Shown here piece after piece: positions 40,798 through 49,331 of a DNA stretch of 64,000 nucleotides (position 1 is its first letter; every line of letters starts with the position of its first letter). Location of the stretch: positions 3,360,001 to 3,424,000 of the forward strand of contig OZ271918.1 of NCBI GenBank assembly GCA_965602015.1, read 5' to 3'. The stretch comes from Salinispira sp. (lineage in GTDB: Bacteria > Spirochaetota > Spirochaetia > DSM-27196 > Salinispiraceae). The position numbers and the translations under genes are program-made. The notes beneath the pieces are model-generated. The model was not told the DNA's origin, ran no database searches, and saw only the letters and a program-made list of their open reading frames with translations.

Positions 40798-40900
40798 GCG
40801 CGTTTTTGGGGCTACAGCGCGAATACGAGGCTGTGCAAAGTGATTGCGACACCCCTGGAAGGACATTTTCATGCCACGTGGATGGCGGAGATATGACTCG
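40781..40900 (+). ncRNA. Predicted bridge/seek RNA of the IS1111-type element, copy 1 (ends approximate)
   Basis: Hairpin TGTCC-aga-CAGGGGT / ACCCCTG-gaa-GGACA enclosing target-matching segments (40802-40812, 40837-40842); junction-matching segments at 40867-40876 and 40889-40896. Confidence 0.7.
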
Positions 40901-40971
40901 GACAAAACCGATTTGCAGAATTTTTGTAATAGAACATTGAAAACTCTTGCGGGGAGGCACCGCTTTCAGAT

Positions 40972-41178
40972 ATGGCATATAACTATGCCCTGAGTCAGAT
41001 TCCCGCGCCAAAGGCGGCGGTATTTATCAACGGAATACCGGTGGTGACGGTAATCGTCGCATGGGCCGTTCTCGGCGAAACGCTGAACATCTACCAAATC
41101 TTTGGAGGTGGGCTTGCGGTCGGCGGACTGATGCTGGCTAACCGCCGGGAAACCGCAAAAATTAATCTCGAAGCGTAA
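40972..41178 (+). pseudogene. Duplicated 3' fragment of the DMT transporter gene (ATG created by the IS junction)
   Basis: Identical to the last 67 codons of 38725-39618; CTG became ATG at the IS right end. Confidence 0.8.
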
Positions 41179-41304
41179 ACGATGTGCGCCGGTATTTTAG
41201 CGGCTATTTAAAATAAAAATTATGTAGTGATGGTATGAAAGCGGTGCCTCCCCCGAGATCCTGCCAGTCAGGGTCTATATTAAATACCGGAGGAGGACAA
41301 CCAA

Positions 41305-42357
41305 ATGAGTAGTATTATTATATCCCTCGACAGCCATAAACGGTATACCGTGGCTGCAATTGAGGACGAAAAAGGAAGGAAATCCTCACAGCGCATAGAA
41401 CATTCTCACGGGTGTATTCGTGATTTCCTCCAACAATTTGAGCCGGGACAGGAAGTCGCACTTGAAACGATCGGAAGTTGGTACTGGATCGTGGATGAGA
41501 TTGAGGAGGCCGGCATGAACCCCTTGCTGGTTCATGCCGGTAAGTCAAAATTGATGATGGCCATGTTTAACAAAACTGACAAACTCGATGCTGAAGGTCT
41601 CAATAAACTTCAAAAAACAGGCACACTGCCTACTGTGTGGATTCCACCAGGAGAATTACGTGATAAACGAGAACTCTATCGAACCCGGATGCAGTTCGTT
41701 CAGGAGTTGATACGTGAAAAGAACCAAATTCATGCCGGGTTCGAGAAATATGGGTTTCGATTCAATGATGTGAGCGATCTGTTCGGAAAAGCAGGTACAG
41801 AAGCCTTGAAGAAGGTAATGCCAAAACTCCCCGAGCATACCCGCACCATGATGAAACTCAAGCTCGATAATCTCGCGTTTATTAAGCAATCTATCACCGA
41901 CTGCGAACAACGAATGCATGAAGCGTTTGATGAAAATGCTGAAATGAAGTTGGTGAAATCCATTCCCGGGATCGGATTTATTCTCAGCGCAGTCATTGTG
42001 CATGAAATTGGAGACATACATCGCTTTAAGACCGCTGAACATTTTGCATCATACTGTGGTACAACGCCGCGCGTTCACTCGAGCGGAGGTAAAACTCATT
42101 ATGGTCGAACATCGAAAGCATGTAATCGATACTTGAAGTGGGCACTTACTGAAGCAGCTAATGTAACCTGTCTTAATCAAAGAAATTGGGCGAACCGACA
42201 TACGGTAAAACTCTACAAGAGAGTTCGTACTAAACGAAATCATAAGGTTGCTATAATCTCTGTGGCACGGCACTTAGCAGAAGCAATATTTTGGATATTG
42301 CAGAAAGAACAGCATTACAAAGATCCTGCATTAGCGGGTTTGTCCAGACAGGGGTAA
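41305..42357 (+). CDS. IS110-family DEDD recombinase/transposase (copy 2)
   Basis: Identical 350-aa protein to 39745-40797. Confidence 0.95.
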   Translation: MSSIIISLDSHKRYTVAAIEDEKGRKSSQRIEHSHGCIRDFLQQFEPGQEVALETIGSWYWIVDEIEEAGMNPLLVHAGKSKLMMAMFNKTDKLDAEGLNKLQKTGTLPTVWIPPGELRDKRELYRTRMQFVQELIREKNQIHAGFEKYGFRFNDVSDLFGKAGTEALKKVMPKLPEHTRTMMKLKLDNLAFIKQSITDCEQRMHEAFDENAEMKLVKSIPGIGFILSAVIVHEIGDIHRFKTAEHFASYCGTTPRVHSSGGKTHYGRTSKACNRYLKWALTEAANVTCLNQRNWANRHTVKLYKRVRTKRNHKVAIISVARHLAEAIFWILQKEQHYKDPALAGLSRQG

Positions 42358-42460
42358 GCGCGTTTTTGGGGCTACAGCGCGAATACGAGGCTGTGCAAAG
42401 TGATTGCGACACCCCTGGAAGGACATTTTCATGCCACGTGGATGGCGGAGATATGACTCG
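42341..42460 (+). ncRNA. Predicted bridge/seek RNA, copy 2 (ends approximate)
   Basis: Same sequence as 40781-40900. Confidence 0.7.
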
Positions 42461-42532
42461 GACAAAACCGATTTGCAGAATTTTTGTAATAGAACATTGA
42501 AAACTCTTGCGGGGAGGCACCGCTTTCAGATA

Positions 42533-42680
42533 TGCCCCGAAAACAGCTGATTTAAACAGCGTAAACCGTTTGCATAATGTGATTTGTCTCTCATCCAATG
42601 AAGCCATTGATAAAACTCCTGTTTTTTATTTTCACACAGCGAGTTACACCGCACAAATCAGCTGTTTTCGGGGCAGTACC
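42533..42680. mobile_element. MITE (non-autonomous), left TIR split by the IS1111-type insertion
   Basis: Perfect 21-bp IR TGCCCCGAAAACAGCTGATTT (42533-42553 / 42655-42675); no transposase ORF; TIR nearly identical to that of the IS at 27047-28302. Confidence 0.85.
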
Positions 42681-42712
42681 TAAAAATAACGAGATGGGGG
42701 TATACTGTTCAT

Positions 42713-43777
42713 ATGAAAACTCTGAATCCTGCGCTTAAGGCCGTTATATATGTCGTCGCCGGAATTGCCGCGCTGTGGCTCATCATTCTGCTGCTCAATA
42801 TCCTGCCCTGGGCTCCGGGCTATCCCGGAGTTAATCCTATGCGCATCGAAGCCGGCCAGCGGCCGCACATTGTTCCCCATGGCGGGGCAAAGGAACTGTA
42901 CCCCGAAAATACCCTGCTGAGTTACCGGAGAATGCAGGAAAACGGGTGGAACACCTTCGAGGTCGACCTGTGCCTCACCGCCGACGGTCAGCTTATAACC
43001 CATCACGATTTGTCCATCGAGAGAACGTCGGGCATCCCGGGGGTACTGGTCCGCGATATGAGTTATGCGGAGCTGAGCGCTATCAACTTCGGCGTGAATT
43101 TCACCGATCCCGGCGGTCGTATGCCATATGCCGATGAGCAAACCCTCTCTCCCGAGCTTCGTCGGCTCCTGGGCCCAGCCCGGCTTGCCGATCTGTTTGA
43201 GAACTACCCTGAGAACTACTACATACTCGAGCTGAAGGATACGGTGGACGCCAGCGGCGCCGCGAATGCCGAGGCCGCTGTGCTGGAGCTTATTCGGCTA
43301 ATTGAAACCTACGGAATGCAGGACAGGGTTGTGGTCAGCAGTTTTGATGACGATGTCACTTCCGATTTTCGCGAGCGCACGGGAGGCAGCATTCCCACCG
43401 GAGCGGCGACCATGGACACCTTGATTTTCTCCGTCCTCTCGGCTCTTAATCTCGATTTTTTTATCGCCCCGGCGTACTCGGCGGTAATGCTTCCCGTGCG
43501 GGACATTATTTATCCGAACGAGCGGGCAATCATCGAACGTCTTCCGAGGGGATTGAGGAACAAGCTGTCGAGTTACGATGAGGCGAGCGACACCCTGTAC
43601 ACCAATCTTGCCAACCGGCGCATGGTAAGGGATGCCCACCGAAAGAACCTCGCGGTCTATTACTGGACGGTAAATGACCGGGAGACCATGGAATTTCTTA
43701 TCAACATGGGCGTCGATGGAATAATCACCGACAGACCTGATATTCTATCCGATCTTCTCGACGAAATGGGCCTCTGA
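42713..43777 (+). CDS. Glycerophosphodiester phosphodiesterase family protein
   Basis: PHGGAK.LYPENTL, EVDL.LTADG..ITHHD, LELK, YWTVND, GVDGIITDRPD. Confidence 0.92.
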   Translation: MKTLNPALKAVIYVVAGIAALWLIILLLNILPWAPGYPGVNPMRIEAGQRPHIVPHGGAKELYPENTLLSYRRMQENGWNTFEVDLCLTADGQLITHHDLSIERTSGIPGVLVRDMSYAELSAINFGVNFTDPGGRMPYADEQTLSPELRRLLGPARLADLFENYPENYYILELKDTVDASGAANAEAAVLELIRLIETYGMQDRVVVSSFDDDVTSDFRERTGGSIPTGAATMDTLIFSVLSALNLDFFIAPAYSAVMLPVRDIIYPNERAIIERLPRGLRNKLSSYDEASDTLYTNLANRRMVRDAHRKNLAVYYWTVNDRETMEFLINMGVDGIITDRPDILSDLLDEMGL

Positions 43778-43781
43778 TTAT

Positions 43782-43815
43782 CGGGTAATTTCCGGCCATC
43801 GCTGGAAATTACCCG
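43782..43815. terminator. Strong intergenic hairpin (possible terminator or mRNA-stabilising stem)
   Basis: CGGGTAATTTCC ... GGAAATTACCCG 12-bp perfect stem just after the stop codon; no adjacent U-tract. Confidence 0.45.
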
Positions 43816-43837
43816 CCGATGCTTTATAGTTAAAGGT

Positions 43838-44281
43838 ATGAAACGCGCGCTATTGATACTTGGTATCGTTTTGACGGCTGTTTCCTGCACCACAATCAGT
43901 CCCGGCGCTGCCCGGGCGGAAGCTGAATTATTGGTGAGGGAGCTCAGCCTCGGTAATGTGGACGAAGCTCTTGCCATTTCCGCCCGTCCCTTCCTCTTTG
44001 AATCGGAAATTATTGAGTCCGAGGCCATCCTCAGGGAGCTGTTGACCGGCGCTCAAGGCTGGGGTCTGGATGCCGCGTCGGTGAGCGAAGATCCCCTGCC
44101 GGATGATGCGGCGACGGCTTTCGGCTATGACGGCTGGGAGGTCGAAACCTGGTTTGCCAATTATACCGACGACAACACGGCGATAGTACTTTTTGATCTG
44201 GATTCGCACCGGATGCTGGTTATTGTCGATCGCCACTGGCGCGCCGAGAGGCGGATACAGGGTCTGGGAGAGCTGCAATGA
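43838..44281 (+). CDS. Hypothetical lipoprotein
   Basis: Signal peptide with AVSC lipobox; ATGA overlap with next gene. Confidence 0.7.
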   Translation: MKRALLILGIVLTAVSCTTISPGAARAEAELLVRELSLGNVDEALAISARPFLFESEIIESEAILRELLTGAQGWGLDAASVSEDPLPDDAATAFGYDGWEVETWFANYTDDNTAIVLFDLDSHRMLVIVDRHWRAERRIQGLGELQ

Positions 44282-45306
44282 AAAATACCTATAAAGCTAT
44301 AGCTCTTGTTCTGTTTGCCGTTCTCTTTCTTCTTCCCCTTTCGGCCCTCGAAGGAGAGATCGTCTTTGTGCTGGGAACCGTCGATTTTCGTACTGCCGGC
44401 GGACCTCTTGAGTTTGCCGATTTTGGAATGACGGTTCGGGAAGGCGACAGCATCATAACCGGCTTCGACGGCGAAGCCCAGCTGTCCCTGCCCAACGGCA
44501 GTTCGGTGAATATCAGCCCGGATACGGTGTTCACTTTCAGGAGCGCGGTGCTTTCTCCCGGAGGTGAACCGGAAAATGTCTTTGACGTCGTCAGGGGACG
44601 GGTGGCTTTTAAATTCAACCGTCTTGGTGACGAGGAACCGAACATCCGGGCCCGCAGCGCCCTGGCGGGAATCCGCGGAACCGAGTTCACCGTGATTGCC
44701 GCTAACGACGGACAGTCCCTGTTCGTGGTCTCTGAAGGTGCGGTCGAAGTTAGCGTCGGCGGGCGGGCGGTAAGCCTGGGGGTTGATGAAGCCGTAGAAG
44801 TAAGCCTCAGCGGGGGCGTCGGGGAAAAGTATCCGGTACTCCAGGGTAACATCGATTTTGAGGACTGGCGGAACAGCGCCGACGCCAACGCCCTGGCGGA
44901 CCCCGCCGGCACCCTGGGGGACATGACGGACCTTATGCTTGAGTATCTGGAAGCCGCCGAGGCGTTCAGGGCCGAATCCCAGTCATCTGCTTCCCGTCAG
45001 CGGGAACTCATCGATGAAATTAGTGCCCTGAGAGCCGAAGGAAAGGACGCCGATGCCGATGCCCTGGTCGAAGGGGAGTACCGGCAGGTCCAGCGCAGTG
45101 CGTCCAGCTCAGCCCTGAATTACCGCTATTACGCCCTGTCCATACAGTCCCTTCGCCGCTTCGTGGTTGCGGGACTCTATGTGGCCGCTCGGAATACCGA
45201 GCTGACTGATGGGAATAAAAATCCGGATTTCGCACAGCAGTACCGCAGGTTCCGGGAAATTTATGAAGACCGGGCAGTCAGCTTCTTTGTCCCGGCGGAT
45301 ATATAG
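44278..45306 (+). CDS. Exported FecR-domain protein
   Basis: Signal peptide; GDSIITG.DG.A.L...NGS.V.I.PDT, ALAGIRGTEF.V, VSEGAVEV. Confidence 0.85.
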   Translation: MKNTYKAIALVLFAVLFLLPLSALEGEIVFVLGTVDFRTAGGPLEFADFGMTVREGDSIITGFDGEAQLSLPNGSSVNISPDTVFTFRSAVLSPGGEPENVFDVVRGRVAFKFNRLGDEEPNIRARSALAGIRGTEFTVIAANDGQSLFVVSEGAVEVSVGGRAVSLGVDEAVEVSLSGGVGEKYPVLQGNIDFEDWRNSADANALADPAGTLGDMTDLMLEYLEAAEAFRAESQSSASRQRELIDEISALRAEGKDADADALVEGEYRQVQRSASSSALNYRYYALSIQSLRRFVVAGLYVAARNTELTDGNKNPDFAQQYRRFREIYEDRAVSFFVPADI

Positions 45307-45362
45307 GAAAGACAAAAGCGTGCGGATCGGGCATATGCCGGAATCCGCACATGGAGGAAACC

Positions 45363-45764
45363 ATGGTAAAACGAATCGCACTCACCCTGATTATTCTGGC
45401 AGCGCTGGCGTTCAGCGGCTGTTCATTTCTCATGCCGACCCCCGAGGCCACCATAACCGAGTACTTTGCAGCGGTTAATGCGGGGAGCTGGAATCTGCTC
45501 TACACGTACATGCACCCCGACATGGGCGACAGGGACGAGCTCAAGGACGGCCAGGCAATTCTCGCGCCGCTTTACGACCAGGGCGAGGGAACGGTTCTCT
45601 ATCTCATAACCGAGACGTCCGGCAATACCTTCACCATTAGCGTTACCTATCCGGTCATCGGAGACGTGGTAGAAGAGACCTTTGTCATGGAGCAGGAGGA
45701 AGACAGCCTTTTCAGCCGCTTCCTGATACGCAGCTTCAGCGCCAACGGCCAGACCTTCGATTGA
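45363..45764 (+). CDS. Hypothetical lipoprotein (NTF2-like fold possible)
   Basis: GGAGG RBS before ATG 45363; lipobox FSGC; TPEATITEYF. Confidence 0.7.
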   Translation: MVKRIALTLIILAALAFSGCSFLMPTPEATITEYFAAVNAGSWNLLYTYMHPDMGDRDELKDGQAILAPLYDQGEGTVLYLITETSGNTFTISVTYPVIGDVVEETFVMEQEEDSLFSRFLIRSFSANGQTFD

Positions 45765-45780
45765 CGCCTTGGTCAGAGAA

Positions 45781-46413
45781 TCAGTAACTCCAGGGGCCCT
45801 TGCCGGGCCTGATGAGCTCCACATGGTCGTAATCCAGCCGGATTACCGTGGAGAGCCGTTTTTCCAGGGCCTCGCCTGAATCGATAATCAGGTCGATGCC
45901 CTGGATATCTTCCAGTTCCCAGCCGCACTCGAATAAATGCTCCTCGGCATACCCCGGCTCCTCGCTGTAAACATCGATCATCTGCCTGCTTGCTGTGAGA
46001 GAAAAAATCGGGGCCCCCAGAGTTTCCGCCAGACGAACAGGGATTACGTGGTCAGGTATGCGAATGCCGATTTCCGGCCGTTTGATGGAGATTTTTTTTT
46101 CGATCTTTTTTACCGAGTTCAGAATAAAAACGTAGGGCCCCGGCAGATGATGTTTGAGTAGCTTGAAGATGGCGGTGTCAAAATTGGCAATTGTACTTAT
46201 CTGGCTAATGCTCTCGCAAATCAGCGAAAACTGGCTACGCTTATCTTCCCTGAGGCGGCTGAGGTTTTCCAGACCCTTTTTCGATTCGCTTGAGCAGCCG
46301 ATTCCCCAGCTGGAATCCGTCGGATAGGCAACAAGGCCGCCGTCGGCGAGAATTGCCGCTGCCCTGGATATTACCCGGTCATCGGGGTCGTGCGCTTGGA
46401 CGTATTCAATCAT
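45781..46413 (-). CDS. Sua5/YciO/YrdC-family protein
   Basis: GGLVAYPTDSSWGIGC, LPGPYVFIL, IGIRIPDH, STVIRL. Confidence 0.9.
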   Translation of the reverse strand: MIEYVQAHDPDDRVISRAAAILADGGLVAYPTDSSWGIGCSSESKKGLENLSRLREDKRSQFSLICESISQISTIANFDTAIFKLLKHHLPGPYVFILNSVKKIEKKISIKRPEIGIRIPDHVIPVRLAETLGAPIFSLTASRQMIDVYSEEPGYAEEHLFECGWELEDIQGIDLIIDSGEALEKRLSTVIRLDYDHVELIRPGKGPWSY

Positions 46414-46539
46414 CAGTATCTTCCCGGCATTGCTCCATTGTATCCTATCGCGGGCTTGCGGGCTATTATTTCGATGCAATCCGTAGTCATATAGCGCCTG
46501 CTGTCCTACAATTAAGGAACAGTCATTTTCTAGGAGCTC

Positions 46540-48393
46540 ATGACCGTGGCCAACATGTCATTCACTTTGGCAGAACTCATCCGCCTGGTATCGGCAAATC
46601 GCCGCAGGAGGGTAAAGGACCCCCAGTATGAAAGCGTCGCCGCGTCGAGGCAGCTGGATCTGCGGTTTTCCGGGCGAACCGTGGCCTATGAGGTGCTGCA
46701 AAACCCCCTTGAGCTCTTCGCCGATCCCGCAGCGGAGCTTCCTGCGTTCGCTCTGGTCCTGGCCCCGGTGGAAGCCTACTCTATGGAGTTTCACCGCGAG
46801 ATCCGCTGCCGGTTTTGGATTTTTGCCGGGGAATGCAACTTTACCGATTCCCGTTGGAAGGCCGGGGCGGATTTCAGTCAGAGCTTTTTTCTCGCCGGGG
46901 GTAACTGGTCACGCTCGAAGTTCGTCGGCGACGGAATATTTGAATTGGCTCAGTTCTACGGCGATACTCTTTTTAATGAAGCCGAGTTCAACGCCGAATG
47001 CCGGTTTAATTCCGCACGTTTTCACAAGTCAGTCAGTTTTAGCCTGGGCTATCTGGCGAAGTCCGCATATTTCAAGGACGTGTCCTTTTCATCAGATTGT
47101 GATTTCTCGAACGCCCATGTCGACGGCCCGGCGCTGTTTTCCGCCTCCTCGTTCGGCGGATCTGCGGATTTTACCGCGGCGGAGTTCAGTGATTCTCTTA
47201 ACTTCAACGGTGTCAACGCCCTGGGCCACGTGAACTTTTCACAGGCCCAGTTTCTTCGGGATGTCTCTTTCAGCTGGTATAAATTCGCCGACGAGGTACT
47301 GTTCAGCGGCGCCCGCTTTGCCAGCCTGGTAATCTTCAATGACGGATACTTTGCGGGTAAATGTTCCTTCGGGGACGTCAACTTTGAGGATGCGGTGACC
47401 ATTAGCGGTTCGGATTTCAAGGAGCATCTGGATATGTCCGGAGCTCTCTTTCATGAAAATGCCTACCTGGTTAACAACAGTTTCCGCCGCAATGTGTATT
47501 TCGGCGGCGTAACATTCGACGGCGGCGGGAGGGTGTTTATCGACGCTTCAATGTTCGAAGCGGACAGTTTTTTCACCGGATCCTACATCAACAAAGAAGT
47601 GCTATTTATGAAATCGAACTTCGGCAGGAGAACCGATTTTACCCAGCTGATCATTGGGGAAGCGGGAAAGCTGAACCTGATAGAATGCGTGTTTAACTCC
47701 ATTGTGGATTTTTCTGAGATTGAGGAACTCACCGGCACCATATTCATCGATAAATCGGACTTTATTCGAAAGTGCCTCCTGCAATTCTCGGTAATAAAGG
47801 GAAGTGATGGTAGTTTCTCTCCCCTGATTATCCGCGACGGGGATAAGGTCGATAACGACCTGACGATGCGGAACTTCGCGAGTTTTAGGGAGATGTACAA
47901 CAAAAATAATGAGCTTGATAACGAGCTCGAACTCCTCTACAAATCCAGGGTGTACGAGCGGCGGAAAAACTTCTCCTGGCGCAAGGGGGAATCGGTGATT
48001 TCCAACAGCGGACGAGCGCTCCTTGGGGGGCTGAGCTGGCTGTTTCTCGACCGCACAAGCCGCTACTTTACCGACTGGATGAGGGTCATACGCACCATAC
48101 TGGTGACCATTATTGCCTTCGCCGGTTTGTACGCCCTCGCCCCGGTGGTAAACAGTTCATCCTTGAATCTGGGGAATATCTCCGGCATAACGAGCAACAT
48201 AACTTCCGCAGGGGATCTTCTGGCATATCTCGGTGAAAACCTGTATTTTTCACTTATTACCTTCACCACCATAGGATACGGCGATTTACTTCCGACGGGA
48301 GTTCTGAGAATTTTTGCGGGGTTTCAAGGTTTTTTGGGAATTACCTTAACGTCGGTATTTTTAGTATCCCTGGCAAAGAGGGTACTCGGATAA
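46540..48393 (+). CDS. Pentapeptide-repeat protein with C-terminal two-TM potassium-channel domain
   Basis: Long run of xxF.xA.F units; LYFSLITFTTIGYGD selectivity-filter motif. Confidence 0.88.
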   Translation: MTVANMSFTLAELIRLVSANRRRRVKDPQYESVAASRQLDLRFSGRTVAYEVLQNPLELFADPAAELPAFALVLAPVEAYSMEFHREIRCRFWIFAGECNFTDSRWKAGADFSQSFFLAGGNWSRSKFVGDGIFELAQFYGDTLFNEAEFNAECRFNSARFHKSVSFSLGYLAKSAYFKDVSFSSDCDFSNAHVDGPALFSASSFGGSADFTAAEFSDSLNFNGVNALGHVNFSQAQFLRDVSFSWYKFADEVLFSGARFASLVIFNDGYFAGKCSFGDVNFEDAVTISGSDFKEHLDMSGALFHENAYLVNNSFRRNVYFGGVTFDGGGRVFIDASMFEADSFFTGSYINKEVLFMKSNFGRRTDFTQLIIGEAGKLNLIECVFNSIVDFSEIEELTGTIFIDKSDFIRKCLLQFSVIKGSDGSFSPLIIRDGDKVDNDLTMRNFASFREMYNKNNELDNELELLYKSRVYERRKNFSWRKGESVISNSGRALLGGLSWLFLDRTSRYFTDWMRVIRTILVTIIAFAGLYALAPVVNSSSLNLGNISGITSNITSAGDLLAYLGENLYFSLITFTTIGYGDLLPTGVLRIFAGFQGFLGITLTSVFLVSLAKRVLG

Positions 48394-48428
48394 TCCTCCC
48401 CGGGATCTGATTTTCGGAGTTATGTTTT

Positions 48429-49331
48429 ATGGAGCAAAAATCAGCGGGCTATGTCTATGCCGCCTCGGCATATCTGATGTGGGGCCTGCTGCCCCTTTAC
48501 TGGAGTGTGCTTAACCGGGTCCCGGCGTTGTCCCTTCTTACATACCGAATTGCATTTTCCTTCCTGTTTTCCTGGGGCGCTCTGGCAGTGCTGCGCACGG
48601 GAGCTTTTTTCCGGCGAGCTAGCGGTCAGACCTCCCCGGGAAGGTGGATCAGCCGGCGGGCAGTAAGCGCAAGCCTCCCCGCCGCGGCGCTCATTGCTGT
48701 GAACTGGTTTACCTACATATGGGCTGTGGTCAACGGGTTTACCCTGGAAGCCAGTCTGGGCTACTTTCTCACCCCTCTGGTAAACGTCCTTCTCGGCCTG
48801 GTGCTGCTGGGTGAGCGTCCGGGGCTCAGGAGAGCCATTGCCCTGGGGTTTTCTTTGGCCGCGGTAATTATTCTCACTGTTGATTACGGGCGACCCCCGA
48901 TTGTGGCTCTGACGGTGGCTTTTTCCTTCGGAAGCTACGGCTATGTGAAAAAGCGCAGCCCCTCGGATTCTCTCACCGGAATGGCCCTCGAGACCAGCTG
49001 GCTGATAATTCCCGCAGCGGCGATTATGCTGGGGGGAAATGCCCTGGAGTACCTTGTGGAAGGGCCACCGGCAATTAGCGCAATGCTGGTCCTGGCCGGC
49101 CCGGTTACCCTGGCGCCTCTGTTGCTGTTCGCTTCGGCGGCACGGAGAATCCCCCTGTTTGCCCTCGGTTTTTTTCAATACATCGCTCCCATCCTGATGT
49201 TCATAATCGGCTGGCTGGTTTTCAAAGAGGAGGTGGGGGCTGTCCGGCTGATCTCTTTTGGCCTTGTCTGGGTTGCCCTGGGAATATTTATCAGCAGTAT
49301 CATTCGCGAAAGACGAGACCGGAGTGGATAG
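48429..49331 (+). CDS. rarD: RarD-like EamA transporter
   Basis: AYLMWGLLPLYW, NWFTYIWAV, EASLGYFLTPLVNV, GFFQYIAP. Confidence 0.9.
   Translation: MEQKSAGYVYAASAYLMWGLLPLYWSVLNRVPALSLLTYRIAFSFLFSWGALAVLRTGAFFRRASGQTSPGRWISRRAVSASLPAAALIAVNWFTYIWAVVNGFTLEASLGYFLTPLVNVLLGLVLLGERPGLRRAIALGFSLAAVIILTVDYGRPPIVALTVAFSFGSYGYVKKRSPSDSLTGMALETSWLIIPAAAIMLGGNALEYLVEGPPAISAMLVLAGPVTLAPLLLFASAARRIPLFALGFFQYIAPILMFIIGWLVFKEEVGAVRLISFGLVWVALGIFISSIIRERRDRSG

Larger units (their letters stand above)
39668..40972 (+). mobile_element. IS110-superfamily, IS1111-type insertion sequence, copy 1
   Basis: Perfect 18-bp subterminal IRs TGAAAGCGGTGCCTCCCC (39676-39693 / 40951-40968); extending each IR by one base leaves 7 nt to the left end and 3 nt to the right end; long 3' non-coding region; AT-richer than flanks. 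Confidence 0.92.
39413..42532 (+). repeat. Tandem direct duplication, 2 x 1560 bp (255 bp flank + 1305 bp IS)
   Basis: 39413-40972 appears identical to 40973-42532; the ORF track shows identical proteins offset by 1560. Confidence 0.95.
41228..42532 (+). mobile_element. IS110-superfamily, IS1111-type insertion sequence, copy 2
   Basis: Same sequence as copy 1; IRs at 41236-41253 and 42511-42528. Confidence 0.92.

Noticed and set aside
45320..45350. Imperfect hairpin GTGCGGAT...ATCCGCAC before the lipoprotein RBS
   Set aside because: Single copy, no U-tract and no riboswitch features; function unsupported
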